In this document: piece after piece, positions 19,907 through 29,859 of the stretch
Numbering within the stretch: the first letter of the stretch is position 1
How the letters are laid out: every line of letters starts with the position of its first letter
Assembly (NCBI GenBank): GCA_963745075.1
Contig: CAVUWV010000033.1
Span: 1 to 64,000, forward strand
DNA from: Candidatus Hydrogenedentota bacterium
GTDB taxonomy: Bacteria > Hydrogenedentota > Hydrogenedentia > Hydrogenedentales > SLHB01
Direction of reading: 5' to 3'
DNA length: 64,000 nucleotides
Made by a program: the position numbers and the translations under genes
The notes under the pieces: model-generated
Database searches by the model: none
Seen by the model: only the letters and a program-made list of their open reading frames with translations
What the model was told of the DNA's origin: nothing

Positions 19907-22018
19907 TTACGCGATTCCGCCGGATCTGGAACGTTTTCGGTATTGATACAAACCTGCGGCGGCAATCATCGCAGCAAGCAATATCAGCGCCCATGCATCT
20001 AGCGTGGGAAGGGCTTTCCCGTTGTTGATGGGGTCGGTGGCGGAGTCCATAAACTGGTTGATATCGCCGCCGATCGAGACGACGTTTTGATATTCCTGCT
20101 GGTTGTTCACCCCATCGCCATCCAGATCCCCCTGACCGGAGAAGACTTCCGTCGGCGACTTCGAAATGGTGAATGACGTATACACTCCCGCCAGCGCGTA
20201 TTGTGCGGACCATAAGGCAATCATGTCCTGGGACGTTACCATCAGTGCGGCGAGGGCGTGCTGATACGGCGCGAACTGACCGGCGTAGTTGGATTCGCCC
20301 TGAAGCTCCGCGATGGTCTGTTCGTAGAGCGAGAGAACCAGATTCGAGTAGGGGTGGGTCCGCACGCTGAGCACGTAGGCGACCAGGCCCATCTGGAACC
20401 GGTCCGGCAACCCGTCCCCGTCGAGGTCGGCCGTCAGGTAATCGTGCCCGATGGAGGAGTAGAGCGCTTGCATTTCCTGATCGAACAGGCTGAGATAGTG
20501 AACCTGGATCGTGCCGGGGTCAATTTTCACCATGTAGGATTCCCCGGTGTTGATGCCATCGCCGCCGAACACGCTGTCGGCCGCGCCGGGTGTCAGGGGA
20601 AAGTTAGATGATTTCGTTCGGCCTCCCAGGTAGACGTTGCCGAGGCTGTCCACGGCCACGTGGCCTTCGGGTTCGTCGCTGCTGCCACCAACGTAGGAAC
20701 AATACACGAGGCTTCCCAGGGCCGGACTGATTTGCGCGAGCCACGCGTCAGCCGTTCCGCCTTGATAGGAACTCAGAAATGACAGGGAGTTGGTCGGCAG
20801 CATGGTGGCGTCGGTTTCGCCCGCGATCCAGATGTTCCCGTCCGCATCACGTTCGAGACTCAACACGATGTTCGAGCCGGTACCACCTGTCTTGCCAAAT
20901 AGCGTTGACCCCACTAAGGAACTGCCGTCGGCGCTTAGGCGCGTGATAAAGCCATCGCCACCGGTCGAAATCGTCTGGTACGCGCCCGGCGTGGTGGGGT
21001 AGTCCGCGCTGCTCGTCGCGCCGGCCACGTAAAGGTCGCCGGACCCGTCCAGGACCATGTCCCAGGCCCAGTCTTTACTGGCTCCGCCAATGACCGTGGA
21101 GTAGACCAGGCTGGTGCCCTCGGCGTTCAGGCGTAACGCGAAGACGTTGCGTTCGCCATTCGGGGATTCGTCATAGGCGCCAGGTGTGGTGGGAAAGTCG
21201 GAGGAGAAAGTAAAACCGGTTACGTAGGCTTCGCCGGCCGAGTTCACGGCCAACGACATGCCCTGATCGCGATCGGACCCGCCGACGTATGTGGAATAGA
21301 CAATGTCGCTGCCATCCGGCAGAAACTTTGTGATGAACACATCACGCGAGGCGTTGCCGACTCCTAAGGGTCCGTTGTGGGTTGTGTCATAGGCGCCGGG
21401 AGTCGTCGGAAAGTCGTTGGACTCCGTCAATCCGGTGACGTAGATGTTTCCGTCGGGGTCGAGGCCGATGCGGGTTTTTTCCCAGCTTTCTTCGTTGGCG
21501 CTGCCGCCGAGGAAGGTGGAGAAAAGAAGTGTTGATCCGTCCGCACTGAGTTTGACCAGGAAAGAATCGGACCCTCCATTGTGGGTCGTGTCGTAGGCGC
21601 CTGCCGTGGTCGGAAAACTGGGCGAGGCGGTCAGGCCCAGCACGATCACTTCACCGCTGGCATTGACATAGATGCCGTCCGGCTCTTCATCGCCGGGTCC
21701 GCCGAGAAAGGTCGAATAGATGAGTTGCCCTGTGACCCCGTCCAGTTTTGCGATCCACGTGTCGCCGCCGTACTCCGCGGCCGTTCCGCCGTTGAACGTC
21801 GTGTCATAGGCGCCTGGCGTCGTCGGAAAATCCGCGGACTGCGTCGTGCCACAGATGTAAATGTCGCCATTACTGTCGGCAACCAAATCCTGATTGATGT
21901 CGCCCAGACTGCCGCCAAGGTACGTACTCCAGATGAGCGAGCCGGGGTCATCGGCAATTGCACCCAAGCTGAAAGCGACTGCCACAATGATTGCACCACA
22001 CCAATGCACCGTCTTCAT
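19907..22018 (-). CDS. Secreted SBBP beta-propeller repeat protein with DxDGDG motifs and IPTL-CTERM-like tail
   Basis: Signal peptide; about 7 repeats of YST(F/Y)LGG...G.T.S.DFPTTPGAYD; ends LPTLDAW, TM, RKRSR. Confidence 0.85.
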   Translation of the reverse strand: MKTVHWCGAIIVAVAFSLGAIADDPGSLIWSTYLGGSLGDINQDLVADSNGDIYICGTTQSADFPTTPGAYDTTFNGGTAAEYGGDTWIAKLDGVTGQLIYSTFLGGPGDEEPDGIYVNASGEVIVLGLTASPSFPTTAGAYDTTHNGGSDSFLVKLSADGSTLLFSTFLGGSANEESWEKTRIGLDPDGNIYVTGLTESNDFPTTPGAYDTTHNGPLGVGNASRDVFITKFLPDGSDIVYSTYVGGSDRDQGMSLAVNSAGEAYVTGFTFSSDFPTTPGAYDESPNGERNVFALRLNAEGTSLVYSTVIGGASKDWAWDMVLDGSGDLYVAGATSSADYPTTPGAYQTISTGGDGFITRLSADGSSLVGSTLFGKTGGTGSNIVLSLERDADGNIWIAGETDATMLPTNSLSFLSSYQGGTADAWLAQISPALGSLVYCSYVGGSSDEPEGHVAVDSLGNVYLGGRTKSSNFPLTPGAADSVFGGDGINTGESYMVKIDPGTIQVHYLSLFDQEMQALYSSIGHDYLTADLDGDGLPDRFQMGLVAYVLSVRTHPYSNLVLSLYEQTIAELQGESNYAGQFAPYQHALAALMVTSQDMIALWSAQYALAGVYTSFTISKSPTEVFSGQGDLDGDGVNNQQEYQNVVSIGGDINQFMDSATDPINNGKALPTLDAWALILLAAMIAAAGLYQYRKRSRSGGIA

Positions 22019-22210
22019 GGATTGCGCTCCCTTCCGAGAAGTTGAACGAATGTTGCACCCCACCACCGTAGAGTAGCACGTGCCGCGGCAATTGGGAAGG
22101 AAGAAGCGGGAGGGATTGGACAGACTGGGTGGAAATACTGTTGTTACTGGAGAAACTTCGCTAGCGTCCTGAGTTTGAGATACCTTCCAAATATGATCCA
22201 AACACTTCAG

Positions 22211-22360
22211 GAAACATTCCCCTTAATCCCCCCCTTCAAAGGGGGAGCGGCCGGATCGAATCCACTGGCGTTTTTGCAGGTTCTCGGCCAACTCTGGATT
22301 CCTCTCCCGGAGCACCAATCGAAGCGTCGGCCTTTGTCGGGTCCGTCTTCAAAGGGGACT
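22211..22360. repeat. Degenerate arms of the palindromic element family (direct orientation)
   Basis: GAAACATTCCCCTTAATCCCCCCCTTCAAAGGGGGAG at 22211 and TCCGTCTTCAAAGGGGAC at ~22342; another decayed arm at ~9549-9576. Confidence 0.6.
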
Positions 22361-22412
22361 TTACGCTACCCGTTTCGCATCAATGTTGAGAAGGAATTTG
22401 GAATTCAGAATA

Positions 22413-23141
22413 CTAATGTTTCGCGCGCGGGCCCAAATGTCCCAGTTCGTACAGCACCAGACTGGTTCCCACGATGGCCGCAACCTCGGTTCGGAAGGTT
22501 GTTTCCCCGAATGAGACAGGGATGGCGCCGACATCAAGGGCTTGCTTCAGTTCGTCGTCGCTGAAATCGCCTTCCGGACCGATCAGAAGCGTAACGTGAG
22601 AGTCTTGCAGGGAACTGGAAAGCGACTGGGGTGCGGCATCCTTTGTCGCAATCAGCAGAGGGCCATCCGCACGCGACAGTGCCTGCTCCAATGAATCGGC
22701 GACGTCAAAGGTGGGGAGCCATCGCCGGCCGCATTGTTTGCAGGATTCGATCGCCAGTCGTTCCCACTTATCGGACAGGCGCGGCTTCCGTTCCGACCGT
22801 TTGGCCCGGAAGAAGACAAACCGGTCCAGACCGATCTCGGTACAGCGGCGTATCACTTCCTCAAGCGATTTGTCGCGGTGTAGCCACCCCATGATGAGCG
22901 TCACTTGGGCCGCCGGGCGAGGGACATGGTTTTCGTCGGTCAACTGGATCGTTACGTCACGCCGAGACACGGTCTGGACTTCGCCGTTCCAGGAATGGCC
23001 TTGTCCGTCGATCACCTCGACGCGTTCGCCGGGACGTAGGCGAACGACGTGAATGGCATGGTGGGCTTCTTCATCGCGCAGGATGGCAAGCGACGGATTT
23101 CCACTCTCCGGAGAAGCGAAGAACCGATGTCGATGCGGCAT
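22413..23141 (-). CDS. rsmE: 16S rRNA m3U1498 methyltransferase
   Basis: HHAIHVVRL, ESCKQCGR, IGPEGDFS, FRTEVAA. Confidence 0.92.
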   Translation of the reverse strand: MPHRHRFFASPESGNPSLAILRDEEAHHAIHVVRLRPGERVEVIDGQGHSWNGEVQTVSRRDVTIQLTDENHVPRPAAQVTLIMGWLHRDKSLEEVIRRCTEIGLDRFVFFRAKRSERKPRLSDKWERLAIESCKQCGRRWLPTFDVADSLEQALSRADGPLLIATKDAAPQSLSSSLQDSHVTLLIGPEGDFSDDELKQALDVGAIPVSFGETTFRTEVAAIVGTSLVLYELGHLGPRAKH

Positions 23142-23184
23142 TTGCGAGAGTCCCCGATTCGGCGTACGTCGCCTGGATTGTAAC

Positions 23185-23217
23185 AAAGAAAGGGGCCTTC
23201 GTCCTGGAACGAAGGCC
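23185..23217 (-). terminator. Probable intrinsic terminator after the DUF3299 gene
   Basis: Minus-strand GGCCTTCGT-loop-ACGAAGGCC followed by CCTTTCTTT. Confidence 0.6.
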
Positions 23218-23246
23218 GCCGCGATGTCTGGGTCTGAAAGAAAGGA

Positions 23247-23939
23247 CTATTTATCCGGTGCGGTTTCCGACTTATCCGGTTTGGGGAGTTCCGTTGGTGG
23301 AAGCAGTTTTTCTTTTTCCATTGCGGGCTGTTGACCGGGGTGGTCCTCCACTTTCAGCAGATCGCTTCCCATGGTTTCGCCTTCTTGGCGATGCTGTTGG
23401 CCGTAATGCTTCTCGTGGGTTTCCCCCATTGTTTTACGGGTCGCGTCCTCGAGGGTGTAAAAGAAATTCTCTCCGGTTCCCGAGTTCAAAACGAGCCGGC
23501 CTGTCATCATCACCGGTTCTTCCACGAGATTTACGGCTTCGCCTTTGGTCATCTTGACCAGCATCACGTCCCGCAACGGGGGCGCTTGGCAGAAGTAGCA
23601 TTCGATGGGAAGGGGGAGGAGCATAAAGTGGGTTGCCTCGCGAAACTGGTCGATCGGTGTCATAAATCCCATCAAATGAACTAGTTGGCCATTCTTTGGC
23701 TGAAGTTCTTCGGCGTATTTCGCACCGCTGCGGACGGATCCCTTCGTTTTGCGAAGGACGCCCCAGTCCAACAATTCGGTGCCTTTGTCCGTAGCTTCTT
23801 GTTCGTAGGCGCGGCGCAGCGCGTCGAACTTCTCTTGCAAGCCTTCTAGCCGCATGTAGATATTGACGCCTACAACACCGGACAGGATTATGACCACGCC
23901 GATGATGGTTCCCAAATCTCTCACAACACGTCGTCTCAC
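23247..23939 (-). CDS. DUF3299 family protein (ZrgD-like)
   Basis: N-terminal TM, GFMTP, FMLLP...CYFCQAPP. Confidence 0.75.
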   Translation of the reverse strand: MRRRVVRDLGTIIGVVIILSGVVGVNIYMRLEGLQEKFDALRRAYEQEATDKGTELLDWGVLRKTKGSVRSGAKYAEELQPKNGQLVHLMGFMTPIDQFREATHFMLLPLPIECYFCQAPPLRDVMLVKMTKGEAVNLVEEPVMMTGRLVLNSGTGENFFYTLEDATRKTMGETHEKHYGQQHRQEGETMGSDLLKVEDHPGQQPAMEKEKLLPPTELPKPDKSETAPDK

Positions 23940-24076
23940 GAAATCAGCCTCCAGTTGAAAAAACCGCCAAATACTATAGCATATTTCCTGCCATCAGTGA
24001 CCAGCGTTGGGTTCGGTTTGGTTTCACCGGGGATGCCGGTCCGCATCGCTTCTGGAACACGCTTCTTGTCAAGTGG

Positions 24077-25402
24077 TTATGGCTCGGAAAGGTCGCGAGC
24101 CACGTCGGTGCGGTAGGCCTGAATCGCGGGGACGATCCCCGCGAACATGCCCATCAACAGTACGGCTGAATACGCCGACACCATGTCCGGACTGGGCCGG
24201 AATACGGAGATGGCGAACCCGTACCGGTCGGTGAGGTATCCACTCAACACATAGGTAAGGCCGGTCCCGACGGCCCATCCGGCCACGATGCCCAACAGCG
24301 TAACCCAGAACGCTTCGATTAGTACGGCGCCCATGATCTCACCTGCAGCGGCGCCCAGTGCCCGCATGATCGCGAGATCCCGTTTCCGCTGAATGATCGA
24401 CAGGTACAGGCCGATCAAGATGGAAATCGAAGAAATCACCACCACCAGATATCCAATGGCCAGCAAGACCTGCCGGACGGGTCCGAGGAACTGGTTGTAA
24501 AGGGTTTGGATTGCTACGACGGGAATCGCGGCCACGATATTGGGTAGCTCTTTCGATATGCGCCGCAAGAAATCGAAGCGCATGCCGGGACTTTCGAGCA
24601 CGATCAGCACCGCCGTCACTTCCTTTTCTTCATGCTCGTCGTGATGGTCGTCGGCGTCGGCGTTCGTGTTGCCAACTGATTCGTTTGCCAGTTCCGAAAC
24701 GGAAGCGCCCCCCGTTAAGCTTGATGTGCCGTATTCATGCTGGTGGACGTCCCAAATCGAATCGAGCGAGCAGAAGACGACCCGGTCGTTCGGGGTGCCG
24801 GAAGGTTGCAGGATGCCAACCACGGTATATGGGGAATCCGCGTGCGACTCGACGCCGGCGGCCGAACTCAAGCCGTGGGTGCTTATGAAGGTGTCCCCGA
24901 CCCGCAATCCCGAGGTCTTCGCCACCTCGCTACCGAGCACGGCTTCGAGGGGCTTTTCAAAAAAGCGGCCCCCTTCCGATCCTTGTACTAATTTGTACGT
25001 ATTGCGTGCCTGGCCCGTAATCCGATTGGTCCAGTCGTGATTAAAGAGGTCCGTCGTCGTGCCCACGATACGGTACCCGTGAAAGGAATCGCCGAGCGCA
25101 ATGGGAAAGGCAGCCGACACGTCGGGGTCGGCCTTCAATCGCGTGTACACGTCGTAGGGGATGTTCCCGGCAGGTTGGCCGATAAAGAACACCGCGCTGA
25201 GCACCAACTGTTCCGAGCTTCCTTCGGCGCCGACGGCGATGTCGAAAGCCTGGCCCTCTTCCACGAAACGCCGCTCGGTCTCTTCGCGAAGCAATAGCAC
25301 GGACGTAATCAGTCCCACTCCGAGTGAAACGGAAACAATCGTAAGAATCGTGGTCAGTTTCCGATTCCAGAGATAGTTCCACGCGATGTGCCAGATGGTC
25401 AT
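24077..25402 (-). CDS. ABC transporter permease, MacB/FtsX-type (ZrgC-like)
   Basis: VGAEGS..QLVLS, PIALGDSFHGYRIVGT, THG, RKRDLAIMRALGA; His/Asp-rich loop. Confidence 0.88.
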   Translation of the reverse strand: MTIWHIAWNYLWNRKLTTILTIVSVSLGVGLITSVLLLREETERRFVEEGQAFDIAVGAEGSSEQLVLSAVFFIGQPAGNIPYDVYTRLKADPDVSAAFPIALGDSFHGYRIVGTTTDLFNHDWTNRITGQARNTYKLVQGSEGGRFFEKPLEAVLGSEVAKTSGLRVGDTFISTHGLSSAAGVESHADSPYTVVGILQPSGTPNDRVVFCSLDSIWDVHQHEYGTSSLTGGASVSELANESVGNTNADADDHHDEHEEKEVTAVLIVLESPGMRFDFLRRISKELPNIVAAIPVVAIQTLYNQFLGPVRQVLLAIGYLVVVISSISILIGLYLSIIQRKRDLAIMRALGAAAGEIMGAVLIEAFWVTLLGIVAGWAVGTGLTYVLSGYLTDRYGFAISVFRPSPDMVSAYSAVLLMGMFAGIVPAIQAYRTDVARDLSEP

Positions 25403-26061
25403 GACGCCACCTCCCGCGCCAGGCCGGTGCAGTCGAATCGTTCCGGCAGACGCGCCGCAATCTCGGCGTCATGGGTGACGAGCAGCAGCGTAAGGCTCTC
25501 TTCTTGGCATAATTCGAGGAGCAACTCCATCACTGTATTCGAGGTCTTGGGGTCCAGGCTTCCCGTCGGCTCGTCGGCCACGATGAGCTTTTGTTTGTTG
25601 GCCAAGGCCCGCGCGATGGCGACGCGTTGCCGTTCACCCACACTCATGGTCGTGGGGCGATTGTGCATGCGATGCCCCAACCCGACGCGTTCCAGCAATT
25701 CCCTCGCGTGAGGGCGCCATTCCTTGTGGGGCCGGGTATCGGAGAACCGCATGCCGAGCATGACGTTTTGCAGCGCGGTGAAAGGTCCGAGCAAGTTAAA
25801 TGTCTGGAAGACGAATCCAAAGTGTTCGCCTCGGAACCGATCCAGTTGTCCGTGCCGGAGCGTAGTGGTGTCGACGCCGTCGACTTCGATACGGCCCGAA
25901 TCGGGGCGCAGGAGACCGGTAATCAGATTGAGCATCGTGCTCTTGCCGCAACCGCTAGGGCCCCAGAGCGCCATCTGGATGCCCGGGGGCGCGTGGAAGT
26001 GTTCGCAAAGAAACTCGACACCGGGCCCGAGCCGGCGCCGGCAATTCTCCATCGTAACCAT
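25399..26061 (-). CDS. ABC transporter ATP-binding protein (LolD-like)
   Basis: GPSGCGKS, MSVGERQRVAIAR, ADEPT, VTHD. Confidence 0.93.
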   Translation of the reverse strand: MVTMENCRRRLGPGVEFLCEHFHAPPGIQMALWGPSGCGKSTMLNLITGLLRPDSGRIEVDGVDTTTLRHGQLDRFRGEHFGFVFQTFNLLGPFTALQNVMLGMRFSDTRPHKEWRPHARELLERVGLGHRMHNRPTTMSVGERQRVAIARALANKQKLIVADEPTGSLDPKTSNTVMELLLELCQEESLTLLLVTHDAEIAARLPERFDCTGLAREVAS

Positions 26062-26236
26062 GTTGGTACTCCGTCCGGAGGGATACTACGTCGAGCAGCC
26101 AGATTCAAAGGGTATGAATTCGGCGCCGCCCTTGTCAATTCGACCGCAGGGTTTTACATGCGCCGCGCCGCTGTGCTAAAACCGGCCCGCCGCTATGGGG
26201 ACCGGTATCGCGCCCCCGCAACGCCAGGAAGGCTCC

Positions 26237-27157
26237 ATGAACGTAACCCTCGGCATTAACACGGGTTTTGCTATAAATCGATACCCCGAGCCGGACGACT
26301 GGGTCGGCGTGGTCGCCGATGAGCTGGGTTTGCACAACGTCCAGTTCACCGCCGACCTGTTGAATCCGTTTCTCCCCGAAGATCTCGTGCGTCGCGAGGC
26401 AGACCACATCCGCACCCTGTGCGACAAGAAGTCTATTCGTATGCAGACCACATTTACGTCAGCGTTCACGCGTGTGAACCATCTCATGCACCCGAATCTC
26501 GAGATGCAACGGGTGTGGATCGACTGGTTCAAACGGTTTTTTCGGTTGTCGCGCGACCTTGGCGCGGAAGGCGCGGGCAGCCATTTCGGCATCATGTCGG
26601 TTCGGGACAACGCCGACCCGGCCATGCGGGAACAGCGAATTCAGCAGGCGGTGGATGCCTGGCGCGAACTTTCCGAGTACGGCGCGGGCATCGGTCTCGA
26701 ATACATGATCTTCGAGCCCATGTCGATTCCGCGCGAAGTGGCGGAGACGATCCCCGCGACCAGGGACGTCATGCAGCGTTGCGCGGAGAACTTCGCCATT
26801 CCGATGTTGCTGTGTCTCGATGTGGATCACGGCGACCTCCAGTCGAGGGATCCCGACGACACCGATCCCCACGCCTGGATTCGCGCATTTGGCACGGTGT
26901 CGCCCTGCATCCACATCAAGCAGAGCCTTCGCGACAAGGGCGGCCACTATCCCTTCACGGCAGAATATAATGCACGGGGCAAGATCATCCCGGAAGAGAT
27001 TTTGAATACGATGCGCGAGGCGGGCGTAGAGAAGTGCACGCTTTTGCTGGAAATCAGCCACCGGGAGCGTTGGCCGAGCGACTACACCGTCGTGTCGGAT
27101 CTGAAGGAATCGGTCGAGTTTTGGCGTCCGGCAGTCGAAGCCGCAAACGCCGGCTGA
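26237..27157 (+). CDS. EryC-like sugar-phosphate epimerase (xylose-isomerase-like TIM barrel)
   Basis: NRYPEPDD, EPMSIPRE, DVDHGD, HIKQSLRDKGGH.PFTA closely recall D-erythrulose-1-phosphate 3-epimerase. Confidence 0.75.
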   Translation: MNVTLGINTGFAINRYPEPDDWVGVVADELGLHNVQFTADLLNPFLPEDLVRREADHIRTLCDKKSIRMQTTFTSAFTRVNHLMHPNLEMQRVWIDWFKRFFRLSRDLGAEGAGSHFGIMSVRDNADPAMREQRIQQAVDAWRELSEYGAGIGLEYMIFEPMSIPREVAETIPATRDVMQRCAENFAIPMLLCLDVDHGDLQSRDPDDTDPHAWIRAFGTVSPCIHIKQSLRDKGGHYPFTAEYNARGKIIPEEILNTMREAGVEKCTLLLEISHRERWPSDYTVVSDLKESVEFWRPAVEAANAG

Positions 27158-27247
27158 GAGCCAGTCGGCCCCTGTTAGCGCGTTTCCATTGAATTTGTAC
27201 GTCACCAAAGACCAACGGCCGATACGTTCAACGGAGACGGACCAAAA

Positions 27248-27280
27248 AAAGTAGACGCGGCTGGAAGCCGCGTCTACTTT
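27248..27280. repeat. Perfect hairpin, GTAG-type REP-like; possible bidirectional terminator
   Basis: AAAGTAGACGCGGCT GGA AGCCGCGTCTACTTT between convergent genes. Confidence 0.7.
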
Positions 27281-27325
27281 GGCTACCGGGATTGAGAATC
27301 TCCACCCCCAATAAAGTGAATCGCG

Positions 27326-28181
27326 CTACTCGTTCGTGTGATCCATATGATCCATAGCCCCCATCACGTCCACCACTTCCGGCCAAGGATGGCCCCGGAC
27401 CACGGCAACATTCTCTCCGCGCGGCGCCCAGATCGTCGGGTCTGTCGGGCCGAAGATCGCCACGGTTCGGCATCCGCAGGCTGCAGCCAGATGCGTCGCG
27501 CCGCTGTCGTTGCCGATGTAGACCCGTTGAGCCCAGTTCCCGCGCAAGCGAGACGACCACGGATGTATCCACCAGGCGCGCGTCCGCAGGAAGTCGCAGA
27601 TCCTCTTCGGCCGGTCCCCGGACCCACTCGACCGTGCGTCCCGCTTCGGTCAACCGTTGCGCCAACTCACGATAGCGGTCCAAGGGCCAATTCTTGCGCG
27701 CGCCGCCGCTGCCGGGGTGGATGACGACGTCATGCGGGTCGTCGCCTGGCTCGATGGGAAGCCGAAACGGCGGCAGATTGCCCAAGCCCAGTTGCTCCGC
27801 ATAGTACTCCGACGCGTGCCGTTGCCAATCCTTGGGTGGTAGCCCCGGATAGATTTGGATTTCTGGAACGCCGCATCGTTCCAGGCCGTTGCGGATGGCC
27901 CCATCGTCGTTCATCCAAACAATCGCGCGGTCAAATTGTCCGAGGAATCGGCGCAACCTTTCGTTCGATTCGGCGAACAGAGAGTCGAACCCGATGTCAT
28001 CGAGGTGGTGGGCGTCCGTCGCGATATCGGAGATAACGGCCAGATTCAGCCGCTCCCGATACCCCGCAAGCACGACCGGCCCCTCTTCTCGAATGCGCAG
28101 CAGTGACGGGCAGAACAGCAGAAAGTCGCCGATTCCGCCCGTGTGCACGACAAGCGTTCTGGTATCGATCGTGGGGCTCAT
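27326..28181 (-). CDS. GT9 family glycosyltransferase; frameshift near 27525
   Basis: GGIGDFL and IHPGSG..KNWP in one frame; YIGNDSG..HLAAA and FGPTDP..WAP in the next. Confidence 0.85.
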
Positions 28182-29665
28182 GCCGGGGATTGTGGCTCCA
28201 CCGCGTAGATCACGATTCGCGCCGCGGGGTAGGGCGACAGATCCGCTTTCAAGAGCCGCAGACCCTTCGGTGCGTTGGCGGGATCCAGCAACGGCTTCAG
28301 GCCCGGAATCATCTTCGTGGAGTAGCGTTCATCCACGACGAGATAGCGCGCGCCCGCTTCTCGTGCTCTCGCGACAATCTGGGGCAAAGTTTCGTTGGCG
28401 GCGGGGCCGGTGGAGGGCATTCCCGCGTAGAACCCGACCTGGGGTTTGCGGCACAGAATCAGTCCCGGCTCGAGATGCTCCTTCATCCATTCGCCCGCGA
28501 GTTTGTATTCCACCGGCTGGTACGACATTCGTCCGAACAGCGGCGGAACCGTATTGGCCGCCAGTCCGAACCCGAGAAGCAGAACCAGCGCCGCGATGGG
28601 CAAGGCCTGGACCCAACGGGACCGGTGCCGTTCCACCGCGCGCAGGGTCGTGAGCGCGATGCCGCGTGCGGACCACAGGCTGAGGACAATCGCCACGTTC
28701 ATCACGTAACGCGGTTCGGCATAGGTACTCAGTCCCGCCAGGACGAATTGCACGCCGGCGAAGGCCGCAACCATCCATTCGAGCCGCGTATCGCGCCGGG
28801 CTCCTCCTGCCATGAAGAGTCCTGCCCCCGCAAAGAGCAGAAAGAAGGGTCCCAGCATCACAGGCAGGACTTGGCCAAACAACGCCAGAAATGCCTTGGC
28901 GGTGTCGGCGCCGCGCTCGACGAAAACGTACTGCAAGGTAGAGGCATTGGCTCGCGAGGTAACGACTGCTTCGCCGGTCACGAGGCGCATGAACACCGCG
29001 TAAAGTCCAAGCCAGAAAACGCTCAGTATCACGAAGGGGATCAAGCGCGAGGCCCGTGCGCCCTGTTCGCGGTCCTGAAGAATCAGCGCCACGAACGGAG
29101 CCGCAAACCAGAGGAAGATACCTTCGGGTCTCGTGAGATGCAGTCCGAAACACAGCGTCGCCGCGAGGTAGGGCCAGACGCCGCCGGCGCGGATCGTCCG
29201 GACCAGGGCCCACAGCGCGCCGAACCAGAGCAAGGACATCAATGCTTCCGGCGCAACCCGGCAGCCGTAATCCACCAGCCAGGGCCACAGGCAGACGGTC
29301 AGTACGGCGACCCGGGCGGATGCCCGGCCGTGCATGGCTTCTGAAAAGCGATAGACGGGCCAAACCAGCAGAACGGAAGCGAACAGGGAAACCAGGATGG
29401 CCGCCCACTCCAAATCGGGAACGATCAGCCCGGCCAGGGCCGTCAGGGCGGGGTAGAGGACGGGAATCCGCGCGTAGAAATCGAGGAAATGGCCGTCGGA
29501 AAAGCGGCGCGCCACCTCCAGGTATTGGATGGAATCGGCGGAATCGATGGCGCGCGGAGACAGCCCAAGAAAGACGAGCCGGCACGCCAGCGCCGCCGCC
29601 ATCCACAGCGCTACTTCGCCTCGCTTGGGAAATCTGTTGTCCGTCGCATCGTTCACGGAGGGCAT
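28178..29665 (-). CDS. ArnT/PMT-like GT-C glycosyltransferase
   Basis: DSIQY, PVLYP, TRPEG, EPRY; multiple TMs plus C-terminal soluble domain. Confidence 0.8.
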   Translation of the reverse strand: MPSVNDATDNRFPKRGEVALWMAAALACRLVFLGLSPRAIDSADSIQYLEVARRFSDGHFLDFYARIPVLYPALTALAGLIVPDLEWAAILVSLFASVLLVWPVYRFSEAMHGRASARVAVLTVCLWPWLVDYGCRVAPEALMSLLWFGALWALVRTIRAGGVWPYLAATLCFGLHLTRPEGIFLWFAAPFVALILQDREQGARASRLIPFVILSVFWLGLYAVFMRLVTGEAVVTSRANASTLQYVFVERGADTAKAFLALFGQVLPVMLGPFFLLFAGAGLFMAGGARRDTRLEWMVAAFAGVQFVLAGLSTYAEPRYVMNVAIVLSLWSARGIALTTLRAVERHRSRWVQALPIAALVLLLGFGLAANTVPPLFGRMSYQPVEYKLAGEWMKEHLEPGLILCRKPQVGFYAGMPSTGPAANETLPQIVARAREAGARYLVVDERYSTKMIPGLKPLLDPANAPKGLRLLKADLSPYPAARIVIYAVEPQSPA

Positions 29666-29729
29666 GCTACGGCCACGTGGCAGTGAAATCAATTGGTTCG
29701 AATTCAGCAGGTAGAAAGACGAGACAGCA

Positions 29730-29822
29730 CTATGGACGCTATGGACAAAATGGACGCTATGGACGCAGTAGTTTCCTATCCGATTCGTCCATATTGTCTA
29801 TGTCGTCCATGCTGTCGATACT
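29730..29822. repeat. Inverted pair of 9-mer tandem arrays
   Basis: 4 x (ct)ATGGAC(g), 21 nt spacer, 4 x GTC(C)ATnnn. Confidence 0.8.
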
Positions 29823-29859
29823 GCTCCGTGATTTGTGGGGGGCGTTCTTAGCATCGGGA

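Noticed and set aside
20560..21940. DNA repeats in the SBBP gene as a diversity-generating retroelement or repeat array
   Set aside because: Explained by propeller blade repeats; no reverse transcriptase and no adenine-specific TR/VR pair
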